A stretch of 63,727 nt of DNA, the filler included, from Choristocarpus tenellus KU-1152 (taxonomy: Eukaryota; Protista; Phaeophyceae): NCBI GenBank assembly GCA_964200185.2. It is 14 parts of 14 records of this genome, joined end to end, with 100 filler letters (N's around TTAATTAATTAA, not from the genome) between each part and the next. Parts side by side here need not be neighbours in the genome. Positions count along the whole stretch, not along the records: positions 33,492 to 36,142 come from CAXNAD020025951.1; positions 36,243 to 40,394 come from CAXNAD020015958.1; positions 40,495 to 43,633 come from CAXNAD020022035.1; positions 43,734 to 47,979 come from CAXNAD020015503.1; positions 48,080 to 56,505 come from CAXNAD020004723.1; 9 more parts are not named here. One strand, 5' to 3'. Position 1 is the stretch's first letter; each line of letters opens with the position of its first letter. Below are positions 36,042 through 48,200 of the stretch, one piece after another. The position numbers were made by a program, and so were the translations under genes. The notes below the pieces were generated by a model, which was not told the DNA's origin, searched no databases, and saw only the letters and a list, made by a program, of their open reading frames with translations.

Positions 36042-36549
36042 GTGATGACTAGTTCCAGAAGTGAGGGAGGGAGGGAGGGAGGGAGGAGGAGCTGGGGTGG
36101 GGGGGGGGGGGGGGATCATTTAGGGGTTTTGAAGAAGATATANNNNNNNNNNNNNNNNNNNNNNNNNNNNNNNNNNNNNNNNNNNNTTAATTAATTAANN
36201 NNNNNNNNNNNNNNNNNNNNNNNNNNNNNNNNNNNNNNNNNNCCCCCCACCCCCCCCCCCCCCCCCCCCCCCTTCCCCCCCCCCCCTTTGTCTTCACCCC
36301 CCCCCCCCCCCCCCCCCCCCCCCATCCTTGTATTCCCGCTGTTTACCATGCCGCTGATTCTGATTGGTCATAATCGACTGTTTTTGTCTCGTGGCGTGGT
36401 GTCCCGATCGTGTCCCGCATCCAACCATATGTAACGGTCTAATGTAACGGTATGTTGTTGGGCTATCTATCTGATGCTTGTGTGTCTGTGTACTGTGGGG
36501 GGGGATGATGGTCCACCATTTTGTTATCTGGCTCTTTATTTTGTTGCAG

Positions 36550-37200
36550 GAGGAGGTGGCGCTTGTGGAGGCCAACGTTTTGGAGGCCGCTATGCACCGG
36601 GCTACAGAGACTAACCGGTGAGATACAGTGAGGACAGTAGAACCATTGTATCGGTAAGATAAATCCAAAATACAACGGTACAATCATCATGCCACCCCCC
36701 CCCCCCCTTCCTTGGTTTTAGAAACCCTTAGACTTGTTTTGATTTCTTTTTGTTTCTTTAGTTGTAGTGTGAGTAAAGTTTTGTGCGTGTGGTTTTTTCA
36801 GTGAAGTGTAGCGCTGACAGAGGGGGGGGGGGGGGGGGTTAGTGTAAGCGAGGCGTTTGTGGATTGAGGGTGTGTGTCAGTGAGACCGCTGTTGTTTTTT
36901 ATCGTAAATGCTAGTGTGTTGGTGTTCTTCAATACCAAAGAAGGGGGAGTTTATAGATGATTTTGGGCGTTTTTTGTTGTGTGTGCCTACGAGTGTGTGG
37001 GTGTGTGGAGGAAGTGTTCTGTTTTATTGTACTCGTTTGTCTTGTCAAAGGGTTAGGGTTATAGAGTGTGTCCCCATACATCCTCCTCTGTCCGGTGTCA
37101 GTTACAACAGTTTGCAGGACAGGTTACATGGAAATGTAAGTATAAATGCTCAGGACGGCATCAGATTTTAGTGTTTTTAGTGGGGGTCTTTGTAAGAGCC

Positions 37201-37246
<46 letters not shown>

Positions 37247-40200
37247 GCTATGATGTATACCCTAAAATTTCGGGGAAATCCAACCTGCTCTACCAATTCT
37301 GCATTGGTGCATTGCTCTCTTTGAATCTGCAAGAAACGCCTTCCTGATGTGGTATCAAACCATTCAAACGGATGAGATGCCGAGCAGAGGAAGTCTGGTT
37401 TTGTTACGAGCGGAGGGCGTATGCTGTTGAGTGGATATATTTTGAGGAGAGAGTGAAATATTTATTGATTCTCCCTTTTGTTGTCATTATGAATTTCTGT
37501 ATCATTTTTTCAGGAGTGGAAAATCCGAGTTTGCAATTTGCAGGTGATGCACTGTACTTTTGGTGTGTTCTTGTATCATTGCGTGTGTGTGTGTGTTTTT
37601 TTTGTTTTTTTTTTACTGTAGAAAGTGATAATAATAATAATCATAATTTTTGTAGTAAATATGGTGCATTATGACTGAGCAGTAGTAGAAGCAGTGGCTC
37701 TTTGCAAGCACGCCTTCCTACTACGGTTGGTAATGTAATGGGCAATTCTATTTCCATTGATACTGTGGTGAGCAGCAGTGAGTTGTGTTGTCTGTAGTTC
37801 AAGTTAAACCTCGGCAAATCTTCTTTTTTTAAAATGTAACTGTATGTAAGGTTCTGCTCGGAGTGCAAGCACAATGTCGTACAGTCATACCAGATTCTTA
37901 TGGGGCACTGCTGCCTGGAGCATCTTGAGAATGGACACGAGTTCAACGAGGTATGCACAAACGCCGTTTCTCCTGATCAGTCCCTCTAACTCCCCCCCCC
38001 ACCCCCACAAACATCAACCATCAAGAAACTATTGTTGGTGCAGAAATATTTGTTCCTCTGGAATACGCACCTCGCTATTGACCTTTAACGGTCTTAGATG
38101 CAAGTTAAATTCCTACTCCTACTCCTTTTTTGTGTGTGTGTGTTTTTTTGTTTTTTTTTCAACCGGCATTCATGCCTTCCAGGTCATGGGAAAATCGAGT
38201 TTCCTTTTCAAGGCCTTGGATCATTATATGAATGGCGTTGTGTGTTTATGATCAGTTAAATAATACAGGGGGGGGGGGAGTTCTGTTCTAGTGTATGGCG
38301 TTCTGTAACGATATGTGCGACTTTTGAAATGCTGTGACAATAATAACTGCCAATGAAGTGTTGAGTATACCTTTTTCTGTCATTGATGTAGTGCCTTGTA
38401 CTGACGTACTAATCTGCCAAACTGGTTTACATTCCTGAACAAACCACTGAATTATTAATTTCGTGGTTATGCCTTTGCTGGTGTGTGTGTGTGCGCGTTT
38501 TTTTTGTTTTGTTTTTTTTGGGGGGGGGCAGGAACTGTTCCGAAATATGGCAGGTTGTAGTACCATCCTTAATGGGGATCGAGAGGTGCTTCTCTGTGAT
38601 ACTGATGATGTGGAAGATCTCATGTATTGGCACGAGGTGAGTTGAAACCCTTTCCATGTTGAGGTGTTAGGACATGTCAGGGCAGCACCAGTGAAAAATT
38701 GTTTTTTAGGGGGATTTTGTGGATTGTTGGGTGTGGGTGAGGGTTGCCATTTTGGAATCTGACTCTTCTTTACCACCTTGAGCGGATGTTTTGGACAAAG
38801 GGTTTTAAAAAAGAGAGGGATTTTTTGGCTGGGGTCCACTCACAGGAAGGTAGCATACATGCAGTGGAGAAATATAATAGTTTTTTTTTTAATAAAGAAT
38901 GTGGCTGCATCTTAATATGTGTTGGCTAGCTTCTTTTCTTTATTAGTATTGGATGGGGGATGGGGGATGGGGGGTTGCTTTCAATCTCATCATGATGTCA
39001 TGGATGGAGAGAGATAGGTAGGTTGGTATTCTTTTTTGGAGGGGTTTCTTTGCTTGTTCATAGTCAATGTTCAAAAGGTGACATTTTTTGTTTTTCTGTT
39101 GTATATTTATTTTTTTGAAAGAGATTTGGAACTTTTTTTGGCGGGGGCTTGTGTCTGGACCAAAGAGCATTGTGTTCATTTGCAACATTGCCTTGCTGTC
39201 TTTGTCTTCCTTCCCCCCCCCCCCCCCCCCCCCATCTGCCCTCTTTTTTTCTTCCCCCCCCCCCCCCTCTTCTTGCTTCCTTCTGTCTCCCACTCTNNNN
39301 NNNNNNTGTGTTTATTTGCAACATTGCCTTTGTTTTTTTTTTTTCCTTCCCCCCCCCCCCCCCTCAAATCTGCCATTGTTTTTTCCTCCCCCAAACCCGC
39401 TTCTTGATGGTCACTGTAGTACACAAATCGCAAACGATGTCATTTTGCTCTGGGGCACACGGTTGATCGCTACAGAGTGCACATAATCGCAGCAATGAAA
39501 ACTGACACGCCAAACGCCTACCCCCCACACACAATCAGGAGTTTGATGCACAGTCCTACTCTAACACAGGGCAGCGTCATGCTGCAACACTTCATCATGG
39601 ACAGCGGGAGATTCGGTCCATTTTGGGGGGGGTGCTTCTGAGCCAACTTAGGACTCTGTGGCACTCCCACACGTCAAGGGTGCAGTGTGAACAGGTGAGG
39701 CTAGATCATATAGTCAGTTTCTTGTGTTGTTGTTGTGTAAGTTGGAAATGTGTGTGTGTGTGTGTGTGTGGTCAGTCATGTTCCTTCACTGACATGCTTG
39801 TGACACGCTTACCTGGTGTGTTGAACCCCCTCTCTTCCCCCCCCCCCTCCTCCCCCCACCCGAACCTTGACCTTGGTACCTTGGTTCTCTTTGTTTAGTT
39901 CCTGTTCTGCCTTGTAGTGGATGCCATTCGTACCGCCCTTGCAGTCTCGGGTGCGAATCCGGGGGAGGATAACGCCTTCCTTGTTTCTACTCGCGACCAC
40001 CTCCACCAGCAGCAGCTGTTGCTTGCGGAGGAGTCGTCAATAGAGTCTGTGCCCGGATGTTCGTCTTCTCTGAGAGGGGTGACTGAGGAGTCTCCGGTTG
40101 GGGTTGGGGCAGGCAGGCGTGCTAAGAGGAAGAAAAAGAAGAAGAAGGACAAGAGGAAGGCAGGGCGGGATGCGGCTGGGGGTGGGGGTGGGAAGGTGAA

Positions 40201-40351
40201 TAATGAGGAACCTTCGAATGTTCTGACAGCGAGCACGTTATTGCATCGTTCTGCAGGAGTGGGGTCCGGAGGGGTGGGGGGCGGGGGCGATGTGGCTGTG
40301 GCGGCTCAGGGGGAGGAGGACTATAGGCCGTGCTTGGTTAGGGATAGGAGT

Positions 40352-40392
<41 letters not shown>

Positions 40393-40394
40393 AG
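36550..40394 (+). CDS. GGNBP2: Gametogenetin-binding protein 2 (GGNBP2/ZNF403)-like, partial. Exons 36550-36617, 37851-37950, 38532-38636, 39539-39694, 39899 to contig end
   Basis: Spliced RFCSECKHNVVQSYQILMG...EFDAQ...QRHAATLHHGQREIRSILG...LRTLW...EQ FLFCLVVDAIRTAL...RRAKRKKKKKK parallels the GGNBP2 core as I recall it (RFCxDCKNKVLRAYNILIG...RHAKT...LFYLGVDALR, then a Lys-rich tract). Confidence 0.78.
37201..37245. repeat. (TAT)n microsatellite, about 15 units
   Basis: Read directly from the sequence. Confidence 0.95.
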
Positions 40395-41200
40395 NNNNNN
40401 NNNNNNNNNNNNNNNNNNNNNNNNNNNNNNNNNNNNNNTTAATTAATTAANNNNNNNNNNNNNNNNNNNNNNNNNNNNNNNNNNNNNNNNNNNNCCCCCT
40501 CCCCCCCTCTCACCTTGTTTGTGATTTGATTTTGTTCCAAGTGAAGGAGAAGAAAAATGAAAGGTTGACTCGATGCCTCACTTTTGTCAAAATTCCGATC
40601 ACTTCACTATAGTTCTATTTATTTATTCTGCATAATTTTCAGGGCTTTTTGCTAGGCCGGGAGGGACCAGTCTGCGAGTCAGACTGGTTCCGATACTTTC
40701 CACCATCTCTGGACCAGGGCTATCAAAGGTTGCATCTGGACCTGGCCACGGACTGGCCAGTGCCCACGTTGAACCATAGATTGTACAAAGCCAGCCTATT
40801 GAAACCCAATATTTTTATCCATGCCTGTTGATCATTTCAAAATGGCCGGACACTGGTAGAGCCACATACCATTACATTCTAACAGACCCATTCCATGACT
40901 GTCAACAGTTTCAATATAGCCAGTCCATGGGCTGACCGCTACCGGTATGTTCTGATTGGGTTGGTCCATGGCCGTTAGCTGTTTCAACGTCTCTGGGCCT
41001 TGGGTCAGTATGTGGTCACAGCCTGGACCCTGGCCATGCTGCTTGCCTGGACTGATGACAAGTCCTCATAATTTCTCCTTTGGAGTGTGTGTGTGTGTGT
41101 TGTATTGATTTCCTGAACCCCCTTGCAGCCCCAGTCCAAATCACGTATGCCCCATCTTCCCCTACCTGTCCTCCCTCCCCTTTCCCCTCTGCCATTATAG

Positions 41201-43600
41201 GAGCCAACACCCCTGGTGTCTGTTGATGGAGAACAAGGTGGGCAGGCACTGAAGCTTGGGGGGCTGGGGAAAGGCCCACGAATGTCACTCGGAAAAAAGC
41301 CCTTGGGAAAGTCGCTGGGAGGAAAGAAATCTCTGGGAAAGGTGGCCTTTGGGCGCAAGGGGGGAAAGGCCAAGCCGGCTCCTTCGGTGAGTTTGGATGA
41401 TGGATGTGGATGCTGGGTTGTTGCCACCCATGGACCCTTTTTAGTTCATGAAGTGGAATCTTCTTGGAGCAAACCTCAGTACCTTAGCGATTACCCTTGT
41501 ACTGTTACTAGATTGACCCATTGACCCTCCCATACACACTCAACAGCAGTTTTCTGATTTCTCAGTGAAATCTGTGCTTTGCTTTGCACTGGAGCCCCAA
41601 ATGCACCTCTAACCCTAACCCCTAACCCTAACCCTAGATAATTTGAGTGTGCGGTTGATTGGGTGAGACTGGGAAGGGAGGGGGTGCACTTGCATTCCTG
41701 ATGGGGAGGGGATGGTATATTTCGGTTTGTTGGGCTGGAAGTAGGTGGTATGTTAGATTGTGTATTTTTTGGGCATGTCGGTTTGGACTAGGTACACGTG
41801 GGAGGGGATTAGGGTTAGGGTTAGGTTACCTATTTTAATGGTGCCAGGGTTTGGGTTAGGGTTAGGGTTAGGTTTAGGGTTGGAGTTGGAGTTGGAGTGA
41901 GGGAATGAGGTCTACGAAAAATTGTATTGCTGAGATGGAGGTGCAGGGGATGGGAGTCTCCCTTGATGTCAGTAGGTTTTTAAAATTGGACTTCAAACGC
42001 TGGAGTGAATAGGGGTGGGGTGCAGGGTGGATCTGCTTATGTACTCCTTGGGTAGGCAAGTGTGTTCTGTCATGAGTCTTGGTTGATTGGGGTAGGATTG
42101 GTAAAGGGGCTAGGGTTGGGGTGTCAAGGTTAGCGTTAGTATTAGTGCTATCGTATGGGTTAGCGTTTGAGAGGCAGTTTTGCCACAAGGGCCACTGGAG
42201 TTTCAGCAAAGGTCTCAGTGTTTAATGATTTGGGTATTATCCTATAAGACTCTGGCATGTGAAATATCTTCCTGCAGTGTGTGACGTTTTTTGCATCGTC
42301 AGCACTCTCTGTGTGCTAGGGTTTCCCCTTGTGTTCCTTTCATTTCCCCCCTTTTCCAATGCTTGCTCTGTTAGATGCAGTGTGACTGATTTTGATTCAT
42401 GGAGTACTGAGGGGGAGGTTTAGCTTCACCTGAGGTGTGAGTTGTGATGGCCTGTGTTACTTGGTGTGTTGCTCTACGTGTGCCTCTCTTTGGTTCTCCT
42501 CTTCTTGTGTGTCAGAATAGACCATGCTCAGGGATAGGGTCAGGGTTAGTGATAGGGTGAGGGCTAGAGCTAGGTTTAGGGTTCAGTTTAGGGTTCAGGA
42601 TAGGGTTAGGGTTTTCTATGTCATAGTTGGAGCCAGTGTAAATGCATATATTACCCTGAGAGTAGTGTGAAAGAAAACTCGAGTTATTGCTGTTTAATAT
42701 TGCTGTTTAATATTGCAGTTTATTGTGGTCCGTTTAGTGCTTTGTGCAGGTATTGATGGTATCACTGGTTCCTATTTTTGAACAGCATTGGAATGATACA
42801 AACTAGGTATTGCCATTGTTCCCCCTATTCCCCCCCCCCACATGCCCTGATATCTTGTCCTTTGCTTCGTGTTCGCTGCACCTTTTATGTACAACATGGT
42901 TGAAGAACAGAATATTTGTATCTTTCTAAGTCCCCTCACCCCCCCCACTCTTCATCCCCAATTTTCACACACACACAAACACACACAAACACATCTGGTA
43001 CGCAGCCACATGATTTTTTCTTAGTTTTCTTCCACAAAGTAATTTCTATATTGTTTGGATATGAGGTGGTTGTGGGGGAGGTAGCTAATCTACCGACATG
43101 GCTGGTGTTACGATTTTATTTTATTTTTTTGAAAATAAAAAGATAAGATTATATGCCATGTTTTCCACCCTGCACCATCTCATGTATTGCTGCTTCACTA
43201 GTGCATTGAGCAGGCTGGACATTCAAAAATGAATGCAAATAAAACTGTGTATATTTGGAGCCCCATCCTCCCCCAGCGCTTGCGGCATACTTTGGGATTT
43301 GTTAAAAAAGAATTCCCCTTAGAGTTAAGAGTAACCCTCTCCTGCCTTTTCTGCTGCTTCTATGCTGACTTTATTTTTGTGTGTTCATTCATGCCATGTG
43401 ACGCATTCTCCCCAACCAATGAACACATGCTTTGTGGCATTTATTGCCTAGATTAGTGCTGAGTGAAAGTCACTTTAATGATGATGCTGTCCTTTGTAAC
43501 CCATCCATTTGTGTACAAGGCATGGGCGGTGGATGAAGATGATGATGATGATGACGAGGATGATGATAACAAGTTCTTTGGGCTTGACAGCCCACAAAAG
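41201..43600 (+). CDS. Two exons of an unidentified protein (Lys/Gly-rich, then acidic). Exons 41201-41386 and 43520-43600
   Basis: AG/GT-bounded phase-0 open exons: EPTPLV...SLGKKPLGKSLGGKKSLGK...PAPS|AWAVDEDDDDDDEDDDNKFFGLDSPQK. Confidence 0.55.
41609..42612. repeat. Intronic interstitial telomeric repeats
   Basis: CCCTAA tract at 41609-41636, TTAGGG tracts at 41809-41881, and a degenerate array at about 42530-42612. Confidence 0.88.
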
Positions 43601-43786
43601 GTGTGATCCGTTTGTTGAGATGGGTGTCCTCTCNNNNNNNNNNNNNNNNNNNNNNNNNNNNNNNNNNNNNNNNNNNNTTAATTAATTAANNNNNNNNNNN
43701 NNNNNNNNNNNNNNNNNNNNNNNNNNNNNNNNNAAAAACCTGGGCACCCGCGGAACAACCCCCCCCCCCTCGGCCCCCCGGACCGA

Positions 43787-43968
43787 GTGGGGAAAAATTT
43801 TGGGGGGGGGGGGGGGGGGCGGCTGTCCATTCGGGGCCCATTTTTCCATGTCGTGACTTTTCGGTGATTTGGTTCCATGCGTCAGATGGGTAATGTAAGT
43901 TTCACTTTTCCTGATCAGGGTCCAAATGGACACCCTGAGACCCCCCCCACCCCCAGGTACTTTGAGCC
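43787..43968. mobile_element. MITE family A copy, left end of poor quality
   Basis: GGCGGCTGTCCATTCGGGG...CCAAATGGACACCC...CCCCAGGTACTTTGAGCC. Confidence 0.8.
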
Positions 43969-45729
43969 AATCGGTCTGAGAATTCTTCAAACTTCTCTGT
44001 GTTTGATGTTTATGGGAACGTCACCAATGCCAAAGAAATGTGCGCGGGATACACTTTGGTGTGCGCGCGGATGTGGATTGGAATGAGATCAGCTCCTAAC
44101 AGGGCCTATCAGTCACAGTTCTTATCGGTATCCTTTGTCAAAACTTCGTAAAGCATGTTCTACGACAGTTACCCAAAAGATACCTATCTCCCTTACGGGA
44201 CCTAATAATCGTGCACTGTAAAATTTCATTATCGCACCTCAAATACGACAGTGAATCAGCCGAAGTTTTTTTTTAAATACTTTGCTCCGCTCCATAATTT
44301 TTTAGCATCTTCGAACGATACATATATAAAGAAGAGTATCCGAGGGAAACCCAGGCGCAATGCCGTAACACCCATTGCTGGAGATAGCCCACCATTGACA
44401 TCACAACCACTCTTAAACATAGTGTGGTACTACAAAAAATAGGGGGAAACGAACAAAGGTTCAGTGTCGCTCCCAGTCCATTCAATCAGAAAACACAAAC
44501 TAGTCACATACCATACAAAAATTTCAGTGATGCAAGAAATAGACAATGAAAACGCTGCATTCAGCTGTCAGTGGTGGTGAGGGTGCATGTGTCCTCATCT
44601 TTTGGGGCTTGTATTAGCTCTGATGCTTGAGCATGATGTGTAAAATGTTGACTATCACGGCTTCCCTGGAATGCCCCTCTTTTCACAAAGCTTGTTATTG
44701 TCAATGTTACACTAGTACAATCTGTGTCAGTTGGTTACCCTTGTGCTCCGTCCCTCAACTAATTGTGATCCCAGATTTCTTCAGGTTGTATTGTGGGCAT
44801 ATCAACCAGCTAAATGTCCTATCCACCTTATTTCCTTTTCCCATTTTCAAGCTCTACAATCACCAACACCTGTGGAGGTCGACCATCTCCCATGAGTAGA
44901 AGTCTCTGATTTTGCTCTGTCCTCTCGATACTCTCATACCCAGTACTTACAAAAATATCTCTCCAGAAGAGAATGTAATTGGTGCATTTCCACTTGCGAA
45001 ATCCACTGCAGCGTAGAAGTAACTCATGATACAAAATTTGACGATCTATATGTTGCTCTAAAATACCTGAAGTTAGTTAGGACCGCAACATCTAATTTTA
45101 GCTCTTCATTGATAAATTATAAATTCTCTAATTTTCTGCTTTTTCTTGAATATTTACAATGAAGTATCTATATAAAATATTCAACGCAAATATTATTATT
45201 AGTTCAATAAGTTGCCCTGACATAATATGCTCGAACTCTTACAAATTTTGAAGGTTGGATTGATGCTTCATAGAATACCATCCAGAGGCATCGTCTGGGC
45301 TCAGACTTATCTGTTACGATAATGTTCTCTCATTCTTTCCTGAGTGTCCCTTACAACCACATCATCTCCACCCTTTCCATTCTAGATGCCTGAACAGGCG
45401 AAAAGTCTTGCATTTTTTTCAATGAAATACGGAGTATTACCAATTTAGCTCGCTCATCACCAAAACTGACTCTTTACCCTCTTAACCTGAACACCATGAA
45501 CCTTACATATTCCGTATCTCAAGTTCCATACCCTTGGTAAATAAATTGTGATCATATCTACAAGAAGAGCAACATACATGGCCATCTTGACAACGTATTT
45601 GCATTGTATTATCATGTCCACTTTTGTCTTGGAACTTTCCTGACCTGTGGTTGGAGGCAACATACCGCTGGACTACTCTCGTACAAACTATTCATACTGG
45701 TACTTGGAACTAGGTGTTGCATTATGAAT

Positions 45730-45908
45730 GGCTCAAAGTATCTGGGGGGAAGAGTGGCGGTTGTCCATTTGGGGTCAATTTTTTCAAGTCACGATTTTTG
45801 GGTGATATGGTTGCACATGTCAGATACTGTAAGTGCACCTTTCCTGGTTTTGGCCCAAATGGACACCCTGGTGTAGACCCCCTCCCCCTCCCCCAGATAC
45901 TTTGGATC
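45730..45908. mobile_element. MITE family A, complete copy (179 bp)
   Basis: Ends GGCTCAAAGTATCTGGGG and CCCCAGATACTTTGGATC. Flanks GAAT/AATA, so only 3 bp (AAT) are clearly duplicated. Confidence 0.88.
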
Positions 45909-48079
45909 AATAATGGTATGACCTCCGTTTGTGCCTTGCTTGCATTTTAGGTTCAGCCACACATCTGGTCGTTACTCCACTTCCTCCTTCAAATCTTGTG
46001 GTGGATCTGTCTTGGCTTTGCACACCAACAAATCCTTTCTACCCTGTTCTTCCTTTTTTTTGTTATGGTCAGATAGGGTAATACAAGTGCATAAATATCC
46101 ATAGTGCTTCCCATGTGGAATTGGATCATAAACATAGAAGTCCAGGTAGAAAAGGTTGAAATCAATAGAGAAAGAACCTCTAACATTCATATAGGGAACA
46201 GTCTTCATAGCCATTAAGGAAGCCCCAACAGATGGAACAGGGTCGAATAATGCATTCCCTATCGATACACATTCTCTTCTCACAAGCCAGATAAAGTATT
46301 AAGTCACCAGTAGAGGGTATATTCACCAATCCTAGAATTGAATTAGAGAACCAACTTGTCTTAGCACTGTCATCTACATTTACCACACAAAGGTAACCCT
46401 TCCAAGAGTGTCACAGGAATAGGAGGGGAAGTCCGTGAGCGCAGTTGCAAGTATTTTCAAAGTACGTCAAGGTACTTCTTACTCCATGGCAAAGAAAGTT
46501 TTGGTCTAGGGGAGCTTTATCGAGGAGATCAGACCCTTAGGACATGGCCAGGGAAGCGCACAAAGTTATATATGGAATGTTCTCTTAGATTGGTGGGTGA
46601 GATTGGTACAATCTTGCACAACTACACACATCTCCTTTTCGACAAGTAGGCTGTGCACTGACTTCCATTATTACATCATGTTGACTGATGCAGATTGCAA
46701 TCAGCACCTTGGTCAAATCGAAGAAGGAGTTGTATGAGATGGCTGGCACTGTGCCAGACCTGGGACATCGCATTGCTGCAGCTATGCATACGTTTACGGT
46801 GAGGTGTTGCGTACAGTACTCTTAACATAGAGGGGCCCCTATGTCGCTGAGGATTCATCCATGATAAGAGGGATATTTAATCTCATGATACAGGATGTTA
46901 GATATTATTCTAGATATGCATGTGCTCTGGAGTACACCTTTTTTTCACCCAACATATGGAGAACCAGATTAATCACTCCTCCATCACCTGTGTTGAGCAT
47001 ATTCAATTGATATCCATTTCCAGTTGCTTAATCTTGCAAGGCTCATAGGTTGATAACATCTGCTCTCCTTTATACAGATATGCACGGACTGCCCAGATGA
47101 TTTGTTGCCTTTTCACATCAAAGCAGCACCTGATGTAACATGTGAGACGGTTGAGATTCTAACCCAAGATACAGTGAAGCATGAAGTTTGGGATAATGGC
47201 ATGTGCCCTGACTGGTGCATGGAACAAACTCCAAATCAGCAATTGAAATCGAGGTCAGACAATATTGATGTTCGGATGTGCCAACCATGACAAGCTCAAC
47301 AGGTGATACTGCTGGCAGCATGTTTTTGTTCCAAGTAGGAGGTCCTCTCTTCTCTTCATCATCCAAGCAATGTTGATTTTTCTGGATGCTTTTGACCAAC
47401 ACGTGCCTTTAGTGTACCTAGAATAGTAACTGCCATTTAAGATGGAGGAAGAGTGTGACAATAGCTGAGAAATGTCTGAATGTACGACTGAAGGAGGGGG
47501 GTCTGTGCTCTATCTAACATGAAGTGTTATTGATTCTCCAAAATTCTAGTACCAATGCTCTTTGGACTTCAAAATATGTCTTCAGAAAAAAGTGCAATAA
47601 CCCTAACAATTGCAAGGGGCATTGCTACAAAAATAGGCAAAGAAGTGGAAGTTCATGAAGTATTCTGAGTTTTGGTGGCGGGAGAATTGTGATAGGAACG
47701 ATGTAGAGGGAAGGGTTGATTAGGGAAAAAATAAGAGTATCAAAGGGGTGGACGAAGAGCTAAGCACTGAGTGACAAGGAGACAGAAGGGGTAAGAGCGA
47801 AGTTATAGGTGGTAGGTGGAAGCACTAGGCAGGAAGGAATGGCCAAAACTTTAGGAAGACCTGGAGTTGGCGGTATGGGACAAGCATGGCTAGAACAAGA
47901 CAATCTCAGAGCAATCTCTCCCACCCACCCACCCACCCTTTTGATTGGTCATGACGAACTGGGATGCTGGGGAAGGGGGNNNNNNNNNNNNNNNNNNNNN
48001 NNNNNNNNNNNNNNNNNNNNNNNTTAATTAATTAANNNNNNNNNNNNNNNNNNNNNNNNNNNNNNNNNNNNNNNNNNNN

Positions 48080-48200
48080 AGGATGAGCTAACCCAAGATT
48101 GACTGGGATAAAGTGTCGATATGTTTTTTTTTGTATTTTCATTTAAAAATATATATATATCGACACTTTATCCCAGTCAATTTTGGGTCAAGCTCATCCT
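48080..48200. repeat. Inverted repeat (hairpin) with arms of about 43 bp and an AT-rich loop
   Basis: AGGATGAGCTAACCCAAGATTGACTGGGATAAAGTGTCGATAT pairs with ATATCGACACTTTATCCCAGTCAATTTTGGGTCAAGCTCATCCT. Confidence 0.9.
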
